Below, piece after piece: positions 52,702 through 64,000 of a DNA stretch of 64,000 bases. Numbering within the stretch: the stretch's first letter is position 1; every line of letters starts with the position of its first letter. The notes under the pieces are model-generated. The model was not told the origin of the DNA. It was given only the letters and a program-made list of their open reading frames with translations, and ran no database searches. The translations under genes were made by a program, and so were the position numbers. The stretch spans positions 89,652,001-89,716,000 of the forward strand of contig NC_092345.1 of NCBI RefSeq assembly GCF_963676685.1. The letters are read 5' to 3'. Origin of the DNA: Mytilus edulis. Its lineage: Eukaryota.

Positions 52702-54735
52702 ACTCATCCAAACTCTTTTAGGTCATTTTTTAGTAGCAATAAACAAAAAAACTATGTCAATTGGACATGCTTTGATACTATATATGCCCTTGAATTTTTA
52801 CTAGATAACATTTTTGTTCGCTTTGGGGATTCCGTATATCGTCAGATTATCGGAATTCCAATGGGGACTAACTGTGCACCACTTATTGCGGACCTGTTTT
52901 TGTATTGCTATGAGTTACAATTTGTGACAAAAATAAGCAAAGACCCATCGAAACAACATCTGATAAACAAATTTAATAATACTTTTAGATACTTGGATGA
53001 TATTTTGGCTCTCAATAATGACGACTTCAGTATGTATATTAAAGAAATTTATCCTGTTGAACTTACTTTAAATAATGCTAATACTAACAATGACCACTGC
53101 CCTTTCCTCGATCTTGATATCTATATCACTAACGGAAAGCTGAATACTAAAATTTATGATAAAAGACATGATTTTTCATTTCCTATAGTTAATTATCCAT
53201 TTTTAGATGGTGACGTTCCCTTGTCACCATCTTACGGTGTTTATATATCTCAACTTGTACGATTCGCTCGTGTATGTAACAATGTTTTAGATTTTAACGA
53301 GAGAAATTTATGTATTACTGAAAAATTATTACACCAGGGTTTTCGATATCACAAACTAGTCAAAACATTTACTAAATTTTATCATCGGTATAAGGACATC
53401 ATTCGTAAATATAGCTCAACATGCAGACTTCTTATACGTTCAGGTATTTCACATCCAACTTTTTATGGAAATATTCTTTATAAAGCACAAAGGTGTCAGT
53501 ATTCACCTCAAAAACTAACAAAACCTTTGAATAGACTTATTAAGAAGGGATATAGTTACGATACTGTTGTCAGGTCATTAAAGATTGCATATTTTGGCGT
53601 TAATATTGATTCACTTATAGGTTGCATTTCTGTAAATATTGACAATGCAATTTCCCATAGGAACTCCTTTTACGGCTAAAACTGTACCACTTTTACTATG
53701 AAGTTTTTGAAAAAAAATCTTATCCTAGAATTGAAAGTTCATATGCACCACATTTTTTTTCAAAGGTCAAAATATAGGGCTGTGCGGCATATTTTCAACG
53801 TTTATATGCCCTGAACTTCTCAGAGTTTAAACTTACACTAATTTTCTTAACTACCCCTACCTCGAATGAAAGGTTACCACAGATTTCAATGTAAACAATA
53901 TGCACGTGTTTATTTACTGGTAACATTCCCAAGTTCTGTCTCTGAGATATGGAACACAGAGAGCATAACTGGGAACCAGTATGTAAACAAAATGAATTTT
54001 CTATGAATATTCAATTACTCCCCAAAAGAGGCGTGTTTTGAGAAACAGCTGTATTTACAAAGTGCAACCTATAGGGTCTTTGCATCGGAACTAAACACAT
54101 TTATTCAAAAACCAGTTGTTGGCATGACACGGGTTATGTTCTTCTCATATATGTTATGATGGTATGATACTAAACCCCTAAAGGGAAGGATTGTGCCTGA
54201 TGTTCATATGATGAAATCATAATCTTTCAGTCAGTTTAATTGAAGTCTGGAGCTGGCATGTCAGTTAACTGCTAGTAGTCTGTTGCTATTTATGTATTAT
54301 TGTCATTTTGTTTATTTTCTTTGGTTACATCTTCTGACATCAGACTCGGACTTCTCTTGAACTGAATTTTAATGTACGTATTGTTATACGTTTACTTTTC
54401 TACTTTGGCTAGAGGTATAGGCGGAGGGTTGAGATCTCACAAACATGTTTAACCCCTCCGCATTTTTGCGCCGGTCCCAAGTCAGGAGCCTCTGTCCTTT
54501 GTTAGTCTTGTATTATTTTAATTTTAGTTTCTTGTGTACAATTTGGAAATTAGTATGGCGTTCATTATCACTGAACTAGTATATCTTTGTTTAGGGGCCA
54601 GCTGAAGGACGCCTCCGGGTGCGGGAATTTCTCGCTACATTGAAGACCTGTTGGTGACCTTCTGCTGTTGTGTTTTTTTCTATGGTCGGGTTGTTGTCTC
54701 TTTGGCACATTTTCCATTTCCATTCTCAATTTTAT
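52702..54735 (+). mobile_element. 5'-truncated Penelope-like element with an open RT reading frame, interrupted by a MITE
   Basis: GIPMGTNCAPLIADLFLYCYE and RYLDD motifs; native end IDSLI-GSLHRN* resumes at 54074. Confidence 0.92.
53620..54069. mobile_element. 450-bp MITE inserted in the RT C-terminus
   Basis: TIR GGTTGCATTTCTGTAAATA / TATTTACAAAGTGCAACC; TATA TSD at 53616-53619 and 54070-54073. Confidence 0.85.
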
Positions 54736-54962
54736 TGATTAAGTGCGAAGTTGACGAGTATGGTTTGGGCAAATATAGTCAAGATTGCGGTTTTTTTTTC
54801 GGAAAATGATAACCACATGAGACAATGAGACAACTCTTTATATAAGTCACAGTGTATAAAAATTTAACAGTTATAGGTCAAAGTACGGCCTTCAACGCGA
54901 AGCCTTGGTTCACACCTAACAGCAAGTTATTAAGGGCCCCAAAATGACTAGTATAAAACAAT

Positions 54963-55343
54963 AGACCACTTTCGAGTTCATCCGTCACTGAAAAAAACTC
55001 GTCAATTATACACGCCTTTATGACCTCATTTACCAGATAGAGGGGGTCGCCTGTATCCCTGCACTATTTACTTTCATCAAGCGTCTTAGTGATCGTCATT
55101 GTGCAGGATAAACTAGAAATTATGGTTGTTCTGTAGGTACTTAATGACAATTCCCTAATGACAGCAATGCTGATTGTCAATTTTGAGAATTCAATTTGCC
55201 GAATGATTCGTTCAATATAGAATTATAGTTTTCCAACCACTCGCTCAACATTGGAATGGAAGTGACGACGCCCCTAAACGCACAAATGACGTTCACTAAA
55301 ACCAGAGTTTTTGACGGAAATGCATCGAACTCGAAAGTTGTCT
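54963..55343. mobile_element. MITE with apparent AT TSD (ISL2EU-like), nested in a dispersed repeat
   Basis: TIR AGACCACTTTCGAGTTC / GAACTCGAAAGTTGTCT; splits the host motif AAAACAATTCAAAC. Confidence 0.8.
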
Positions 55344-55489
55344 ATTCAAACAGAACATCCAACGGTCTTATCTATATATATAAAAAAAACAGAAACGAGA
55401 AACACCTATTAACCAAACCAAAAAACGACAACCACTGAACAACAAGTGCCTAAAAATGCAGCGTGTTTACGTTTTAATAATGTATTATA

Positions 55490-56085
55490 AAAGAAGGACG
55501 AAAGATACCAAAGGGACAGTCAAACTCATAAATCTAAAACAAACTGACAACGCCATGGCTAAAAATGAAAAAGACAACAGAAAAACAATAGTACACATGA
55601 CACAACATAGAAAACTTAAGAATAAACAACACGAACCCCACCAAAAACTAGGGGTGATCTCAGGTGCTCCGGAAGGGTAAGCAGATCCTGCTCCACATGT
55701 GGCACCCATCGTGTTGCTTATGTGATTACAAATCCGGTAAATAGTCTAATTCGGTAGGTCACATTCATGAAAGGGAAGGGGATTGTAGTTACGACGTAAG
55801 GAACATATCCGATATCATTTGTGAAACGGTTATTCCATAACGGTCAACCAACTCGTGATGGCGTCCGTAAAATTTACGAAGGGATGATTTCAACTTCACC
55901 ATTTGGAACTCTTGGTTTAATAGCTTCCTTGTGAGCAGTAACCCTCTATCAAGAAAATCATGATAGGAAATGCAAGCACGGGAATATCGTATCAATTGGG
56001 AGATATATACCCCGTATGCAGGTGCTGCTGGAATGTTGCTACTTAGAAATGGAAAGTTCACAATTGGAAAGCTGAAATCATCTAT
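55490..56085 (-). mobile_element. Well-preserved Penelope-like 3' fragment
   Basis: ORF 55789-56061 NFPFLSSNIPAAPAYGVYISQLIRYSRAC...KFYGRHHELVDRY followed by the 3' repeat. Confidence 0.9.
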
Positions 56086-56179
56086 AACTACTTAAACAGA
56101 CACACTAAATGTCAATTGAAAAGGCTTAACTGATAAAAAAAAAAACATTTAAACAAAAAATATTGTTCAGTATAGTTAT

Positions 56180-56818
56180 GGTCAAGGAATAATAAATGGG
56201 CTATGTCGCAGATATTGCTAAAACTTTGCATACAACCTTGGCTCTGTGAACTACAACTGAAAATCGGAAAAATAATGCATTTGTCTCTTTTATTATCTGA
56301 AATATTACAGATTGATGTCTTTTGATATAGGTGAATATTTGTATAGAAAGCACATAGAATTGACGAATAAATATATAAAATTTGTCTTAAAATCGCCAAA
56401 TCTCTAATTCTTATCCATAGTTTTCCTTAAAAAAAATCTGTATGTTGTTGAGATAAATTTCTGTTTAAATGATATAAAATAATCATATGATCACCGACTT
56501 CGTTTTTTTTTTGTTGCCTTGTTGGTAGTGAAATATTTTTCACAAAAAAACACAACTTTTAATGATGTATACCGTAAAAACTATGAAGTAGAATTAGAGA
56601 TTTGGCGATTTTAAGACAAATGTTAGAAGGTATTATGCCGATTTTATGTTCTTTCTGTACAAATGTTCACCAATTTTGTAAGAACTCAATCAGTCATATT
56701 TTAAATGATAAATGAGAGAAATGCATAATTTTTTCCGATTTTCAGTTGAAGTTCATTGAGCCAGAGTTGTATGCAAAATCTTAAATATGTGACATAGCCC
56801 ATTTACTGTAACTTGAGC
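56180..56818. mobile_element. Fold-back element with long diverged inverted arms
   Basis: 56195-56425 is the diverged reverse complement of 56575-56803 (e.g. TTGTCTTAAAATCGCCAAATCTCTAATTCT / AGAATTAGAGATTTGGCGATTTTAAGACAA). Confidence 0.85.
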
Positions 56819-58050
56819 TTAAGTTCAACAAGCAAAATACGAATGTTTACAGTCTGTGATGTGTAAATAAGTTAAACGATTAAAGAAAAATAACAACAAC
56901 GTCACACTCTCACTGCAGCGTTTCATTATGTATTACAACATGTTGTCTGTTTTTTTATAGACAGCATGGTTCATTTGCCATTTTCTCGTACAATATAAAA
57001 ATGAAAAGATGTGACACATTTATAAAAGTGTGCTTATTTATCTTAACTTTTTAACTCTTCATGGAAAACTAAATAGATCTATATGGTGTGTTATTCTGGC
57101 CATGACACAAAAAGTTACGATATAAATAAAGACGATGTGGTATTATGTCATTGCCAATGAGACAAATATTCACAAGAAACCAAATGGCGCAGAAATGAAC
57201 TATAGGCAGTACACAAACGAACGAAAATAAATATGTAACACAACAACAAACGAAAACCACTTAATTACACTCCTGACTTGTGATAGGCACATACATGTAT
57301 ACAGATTGTCATGGGGTTAAATAGGTTATCGGGATCCCAACCCTCACCTTACCTGGGACAGTGGCGTAACAGTACAAAATAAGAAAAACAATGAAAATCA
57401 GTTGAAAAAGACTTCACTCATAACAAAAACACATAGTAGTCGTGGCCGGGTACTTTTACATCCTAATAACAAAAAGACACTAAGTATATATATCTGAGAG
57501 TACTCGCAGTTACAGACAGCTAGTTCAAAGCCAATGGCAATTTCTAAAATAAATCATACAGTTAAGACTAAATTACCATCAGTACACATACACATCCAAT
57601 GGAACTAGTGTAAATATGTCATACACAGTCAGAGAAAAACTTGACCTTGTGCAATGTCAAGATACAGGTACCGACATATTGTAGAGCCATGAATGTGCAT
57701 ATGAAACATTTGAAACAACAATGCATGTTTGTATTTGTTTTCTCTGATTTTCGCAGGTGTTTGACACACTAGCTATAGAGGAGGATTATACCTTATACCA
57801 TAAGCCACTTCTCGTTCTTTCAATACTCGAACTTAATTAATTCCAATGTCCAATTCATACCCGGTGTTGTTTCTTTTCTTATCTCCAATTACTTTTTCAA
57901 AAGAAATATTTTCTGTTTTACATTAGAAAATTTTACCATGACTATTATTTTAAATTTCAACAAAGATTGATCTTATTTCAGCAGAAATGATGCATTCCAT
58001 TAAACAGTTTGTGCATATACAAAACAGTTGTGTGTTGTATGATTCGTATC

Positions 58051-58460
58051 ATGACGTATACAAACAAATGTGAAGGATGGAATCGTGACGTTTACAAACA
58101 AATGTGCATAATAAGATGGAATAGTCACGTTAAGATACATTGGTGCGTAATAGGATGAAATAATGACGTTTATAACACATGTGTGCGTAATATGATTGAA
58201 TGGTGACGTTTACAAACAAATGTGCATAATAAGATGGAATGGTCACGTTTAGACACATGTGTGCGTAATATGATTGAATGGTGACGTTCTACAAACAAAT
58301 GAGCATAATAGGATGGAATCATGACGTTTACAAATGTGCGTTATACTATGAGCAAGATGGAATTGTGACGTTTACAGACAGATGTGCATGTCAGGATGGA
58401 ATCATGACATTTACAAAATGATGTTCGCTATATGATGATTTCATGACGTTACAGACATAT
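58051..58460. repeat. Degenerate ~39-bp minisatellite
   Basis: Unit close to TGACGTTTACAAACAAATGTGCATAATAAGATGGAATCG, about 10 copies. Confidence 0.85.
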
Positions 58461-59457
58461 AGTTTACACAAAATGTGTACATGGTAGCTGTTCGTTTGTT
58501 GTTCATTATTGTGATTGTTGTTTTGATTGTTCAAATTAAGTGCTTATATTTGTGAACATGTATTAAACACTGTAGTTGAACTCAGTAGTTTGTTTGAATT
58601 ACCGCACAGCAAGAATCATTTCTACAAGAACAAAACTGTGCTAGAAAAAGAGCAATAGATTGATAAGCGAATAGACAAAAGAAATGTAAAACAATACGAT
58701 ATGAACAATTTTCCCATATAAACAAAAATTTTCATCCTTTTCCTTCATTTAATGATATTTAACTGGCTTTCTAAGTGTATATGTGGATGCTAAAAGTGTT
58801 CCTTAAATATATTGGAACATTTATGAGAACATTAAACTCCTTGTACGGTGTGTTTTGATAATTCTAATACTGGGCATATCATGTCTGGCATTTGTAGATA
58901 TCAATGCCTAATTTGACTCGTATCTGGGTAATCAGAACATGGGAGCATAGAAGCAAGCTGATTGAATGAGAAAATCTGAGTTTATTTTGTACAGAAATGT
59001 GCGTATAAACATGAATTTGCGGTTAATGTTAGCGAATATACACAGCATAAAATATTAGCAGCAACTTTTGAACAAATCAACATAGATATATACATATATG
59101 TACAATAAAACAACGTGTAACGAAATTATTCAGCTTCTTGACTATATTTCACCAATGCCTGTGCAGGCAAGTACATCTATCTATCCTATGAGCTGTGTGA
59201 TAACTTGAATGTGTCAGATTAAAGTGTTGCACATTCTATAAGATTCATCGAATTGTCCTATTCTGTTAATACTGACAAGTAAAATAATACATTCACTAGG
59301 TGAATATTTCATTGGAAATATTATTAGCCGGTTTTCAAAACGTGCAACATTTTCTTCTTTTATCTTATACCTTTTTCAAAAGAAATTCGCATATTACAAA
59401 ATCAAATTATAGATTCCCTCCAGATCCTTAACTTATTTATTATTATTTCAAATATAT

Positions 59458-59708
59458 TTAGAACATTCCCATTTCGCTAAATAAAAACATATTGGCCATA
59501 TTGTTAAAAGGAAGGCCTTGTCTCATGCCACCTCCTCCTCCTCGCATCATTTGTGACATCATCATCATTGGCAGAACATTATCGTTCCCCATCATCATTG
59601 CCATGGGAAACATACTGTTCATTCCTCCACTTTGGCGCTGTGCCATCTGAGCTTTGGCTAATAAAGCTAACCTTGCTCTTTGTTCGTTCATCGCCTTGGC
59701 ATTGGCTC
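59458..59708 (-). CDS. Terminal exon E3: Met-rich, GANAKAMNEQRARLALLAKAQMAQRQSGGMNSMFPMAMMM...FLFSEMGMF*
   Basis: AATTTCAG acceptor, phase 1, in frame with ORF 59458-59691. Confidence 0.88.
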
Positions 59709-60353
59709 CTGAAATTATTTCGTCTTTTTTTAAAGATAGGTTTTAACAAACACATTGCGTGAGCCTTTTTGATATTAGTTATTTAAGGTAACTTGATGAA
59801 GCATTGATTGCTACAATCAGTTAGAAAGATTTGTAAGCACAGTAAAACTGTTGTGTGGCATCCCTACGTTTAACTTTTAGACTTTTTTTCTAATAACCAA
59901 AGTGATTTCCCCCTTTAATACAAAATTCAGCATAGGAAAAGTTACTATTTACTAGAGACAATATAGTATGCCATTTTTATGTATCACTATATTGATTAGA
60001 CTATATAACATGCATTTAGATCTAACATAGCAAGCTACACATATTATGCTTGTTAGCTTCAGTGAGATCATTGAAGAGAATAAAGGTTGATTGATAGATA
60101 TGTGTTTGGCTACAAATATAGACATCAAGCAAGCAAGCAAGAAATTAATTAATTAAACAAAAGCAAGGCTTACACCACGAGTTTGTTTAGTTTATTTTTT
60201 ACAAACAACAGCACGTGAAAAGCAAACAACACAATCAACAAATACAGGCCAAAGATGTCTGTTTTATAAATATCGACGGATAGTATCACACAGTCATTAA
60301 CGTTCATAGATCACATCTTATGTTACAGTCACTGTCTATGGGACACATTCAAC

Positions 60354-60673
60354 CTAATTAAACATGCGGTTCATTAAAAGCATATTCATAAGTCCGCCGC
60401 CACTTGATGATCCTTGGCCGGATGAAGCACCTCCTTGACCTTGGGACATTAATAAAAGTGGGAGCATAGATTCGCCCATTCCTCCTTCAGCCATCAACAT
60501 AAGGGGCATCATGCTTCCCATACCACTTCTGCCACCTCTACCGGACATGAGCATCTGAAGCATCAGTGGGTTCATTTTGCCACCTTTTCCCATTGCCATC
60601 AATGCTGGCAACATGGCACTGCTGCTACCTCCACGCATTTGTCTGGCTGCTGCTTGTCTGGCTGCTGCTTGAC
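60354..60673 (-). CDS. Terminal exon E2: Gly/Met-rich, GQAAARQAAARQMRGGSSSAMLPALMAM...MNMLLMNRMFN*
   Basis: GTTACAG acceptor, phase 1; AATAAA at 60191-60196. Confidence 0.9.
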
Positions 60674-61684
60674 CTGTAACATTTATTGTGTGTTATACTC
60701 GTTATAGAATGTCATTTTGTCCACTTTCCACGTGCTGTAACCAACATGCAGTGTGATTTAATGTTGCAATAATAAATACGTAAGAAGCCGTATTCATCAC
60801 CTACTGAAACAGTCTTTTCGTTATGATTGTTTATTTTTGCTTTTCATATAATTAACTTGAGAATGTTATAAGAAATAAAAATGAATATATGTACTGGACG
60901 ACTAAAGAAACGCAACACTAAAATGTATTTAAATTCGAAGGTTTGGTATTGCTTTTTGATAGATATAATGCTAGAATTCAAAACGAATCGCTCATTTTTC
61001 ATCAATAATTTACATTCTAATTCAAATTTAACGGAATTGTAAAATGAAAAATCAAATGCGAAATTAATTCAAAACTATTATCTGAAAAATAGTCTTTGTT
61101 TTAATGTTATCTTGCAGTATGACTTAAGCTACCCGCTCCCCTAAAAGAGAACGTTGGGATAGTTGTTCTTCTGTGATAGCTAGAAAAAAAATCTTACTTT
61201 ATTAATATAATTTGACAAAACTCTTTGGATTAAAGATGTTGATATTTCTATTACTATGAAGTAAACATCGTGTGTTTGAAATTAATTTTGAAAAATGGGG
61301 TGTTGTGTTTCTATATGCGTTCAGTTTATGATATAGTTGAAAACCAAAAGATTGTAATGTTCGTGCACTTGAGGTTATATGAGGTTTGTTTTCTGCTAAA
61401 AATCCAGCTGGTCTGACAGCCAATGATATGTTAATACAGGTACTCGGTCATTTACTTTAAACATGCACTTCAATGTAAATGATGAGGAAGGAAGAGGAGA
61501 GAAAACATAGAAGTATTACACGTGTTACATAAATGAAACACAAAACAAACAAAATGCATTCAATATATTTACTGAAAAACAACAAAATTGGATACACGTA
61601 ACAAAAAACCGACAATGTGACACAGTCTATGACACAATCCACACTTGCAGAAGTCTTGTGTAAAGAAGATTAGTGATGATTCCA

Positions 61685-61827
61685 TCATTTTCTTTGGTTC
61701 ATTAACAGAAATGGAAGCATATTAGTGTTTCCGCTTCCGCCCGAGAAAGCTCTACTAAACATTTGATAGCGCATGAGGTCCTTTCCAACATCGCTTCCCA
61801 TCATCATCATCATTCCTAAATTTGGAC
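61685..61827 (-). CDS. Terminal exon E1: GPNLGMMMMMGSDVGKDLMRYQMFSRAFSGGSGNTNMLPFLLMNQRK*
   Basis: Pyrimidine tract + TGATAG acceptor, phase 1; AATAAA at 61198-61203. Confidence 0.85.
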
Positions 61828-63467
61828 CTATCAAATATGATGAGAGACAAAAGTATAAGAAGAAATACTTATGTTCGTTTAATTGACTACATCGTATTGA
61901 AGTGTGCAAATCAAAATGTTTTTTGCTTTCTTAATAAATCCATTAATTATTTTTTTTTAAATTCATTACTTTGTCATTTAATTTTAATTTTTAAATGAAA
62001 ATCAAATTGATATGAAACCACATTGAAATTGATAACAAAAGTTAGGCTAAACTGCAGCTAATTAAAAAAAAAAGGTAGAATTAAAAATGTATATTTAAAT
62101 TTTTAAACTAAATTTCTAAATTAAAAAAATAAATTGCAGAATTAAAATTTGCTAATAGATCTACATATCTAACAGCTACATACTTGACTTCTACTCTACA
62201 GATATATACGTTACATCACCTAAGCCTTTGTAACATAATCGTTCTATCGATGTTATAAATATAATATTCTTCATATCAAAGTATGAATATTGAAAGTCAT
62301 AAGAAGGTCACATGGAAAATTATCAAGATTTTTTTGGCCGCTTCGTCATATTGACAGTTTAACTACTATTTCGCAAGATTCCAAAAATGCTTATATCTGT
62401 CAATTGTCACATGAATGACCGGTCGTATATAAAATCGCTGTCCTTCATGTTAATATTATGGATATGTTGACATTTTATTGGAGTCAGAGAGTGTGTTTCC
62501 AATATATAAGATAATTAATGCGTATACGAAGTTCTAGTGGATCTTAAGGCTTATCAGAATTTGTCATCAGATGCAATAAAAGGTGTATAAAATATTTTAT
62601 ACTGTAACGAAGTACCACAAATTGTCACAGCAAATATCAATAAAATTACCTAAGCGAGGAACTGGTATAAAGAACTGATAAGGAATGAATTAGCATAGCT
62701 AGCACTCATGTCAATGAAAATAATTAATTACGTATATATTTATAGATCTAGAACAAAATTCCATTTTCCTTTCTGCCATTTGAACAAAATTATTCTTAAA
62801 TTACAGGAAAATTTTACTTGAAAGATATTGAAAACAGTAAGTTATCCATCTAAAGAAATTAGTTCTTAAAACGTTTGTGCAAAGGATTGCTGTTAAAAGA
62901 CAGAAAAGTTAGTTCATTAAATCGTTGAGTCATGCGATACTAAAAACCGTGCAAATAGTTGACATATGAACCATAAAGTTTTCTCGTTCAATTGTTGAAT
63001 ATTTCAATCTGTTTATAAACTTTATCTATTAGATATTTGGAGAGAAGTAAAACGATATATAGAACAAATTCATGAATTCGAATAGCATCCACACATTCTC
63101 ATTTTGTTTGGATGAAACTTGGTTAACATCGCCATGACAACTCCTGTTGTTATATAACGACAAAGAAGCCGATGAAAATACAGAATTTATTTCACATGCG
63201 AAATTTCGGTTTTCACTTTTCTGAGAAATTAAGGTATTTCCTTTCTACCAACATTAATTAAACTTTTTTTCATTTTAACTAAACTAATTAACGTTGAAAT
63301 ATAAGACAATTTGCTCGAGTTTTTACAGTGCTGTTTTTGTTACCAAACACGACGTTATTGGAACTTGAAACTTACAAAATAATGAGGTTTTTTTGTTACA
63401 GTAGTCAACCTAATTTGCACGGTTGTATTTTGATATTGGTATGATATAATTGTGCATGAATACTCAC

Positions 63468-63537
63468 CAGCGGCCTGTGATCGGACATGAGCTACCATCA
63501 CACACAACACTAAGGCAATTATACATATGGACTTCAT
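63468..63537 (-). CDS. Signal-peptide (leader) exon MKSICIIALVLCVMVAHVRS-QAA
   Basis: TTTTACAG acceptor 7 nt before the ATG; classic n/h/c regions with V-R-S cleavage motif; G|GTGAGT phase-1 donor; a non-coding first exon must lie further upstream. Confidence 0.92.
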
Positions 63538-64000
63538 TGTGTTACTGTAAAATAAGCAAAGTCAATTATAAATACGGACTTCATTGTGTCTCTGAAAAAT
63601 GAGCAAAGTTAATTTATCGCTATGGTCTTAGAGTAAGAGGATTAACAAGATTTTGTGTGAATGTATAAAGAGATCTTTATCGCAACATCTTAATGGTTAA
63701 TTCAATTTAGGAGAACAAAACTTGTCAGTTCTGGACCATAAAGAGTTTATCAAAAGTGCACACAAGTTAACCAAATCGCGTCTACCTGTAATTTATTTCA
63801 ATGTTGGTTATATGCAAGTTCAGCGAATGGTTTCTGGTCAATTCAAAACAACATTGCATTTGTAATTAGTGTTGTCCTATTTTTTCTCGTGATTTTTGAC
63901 AGGAATAATTTGAATTTGGTTTGGAAATTTTGAGTTGGCACAAATGTCGTACATTAACAGATGATGAATAAACCACAAAGTCTGTTTTTCTTCCGCTCAA

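Noticed and set aside
60018-60071. Private signal exon for E3 (MISLKLTSIICVACYVRS, ends VRS like the leader)
   Set aside because: No phase-1 GT donor of reasonable quality follows, and the hydrophobic core is weak
63070-63143. Additional phase-1 terminal exon GVVMAMLTKFHPNKMRMCGCYSNS*
   Set aside because: Very short, weak pyrimidine tract next to the AG, no resemblance to the other exons

Overview
AT-rich, intron-containing eukaryotic DNA. The repeat content (Penelope-like RTs, hammerhead-ribozyme repeats, tRNA-derived SINEs, many MITEs) suggests a bivalve mollusc, probably a mytilid mussel (inference). All convincing protein-coding sequence is on the minus strand and forms a cluster of secreted low-complexity proteins resembling shell/extracellular matrix proteins. 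Main finding: one intact signal-peptide exon (63537-63468, MKSICIIALVLCVMVAHVRSQAA, phase-1 donor) lies upstream of five separate stop-containing exons (starting at 61827, 60673, 59708, 49023 and 47305). All five begin at an in-frame phase-1 acceptor and I found no intact signal exon of their own. This suggests one leader exon spliced to an array of mutually exclusive last exons, giving five different Met/Gly/Gln-rich secreted proteins. A second gene (31655-25923: signal exon, chitin-binding-type Cys exon, two very large low-complexity exons) may use the same alternative-last-exon logic. The rest is mobile DNA, often nested, including several minimal hammerhead ribozymes; one intact copy lies in sense orientation inside the putative long intron. 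All splice models are read from sequence by eye and need transcript data.
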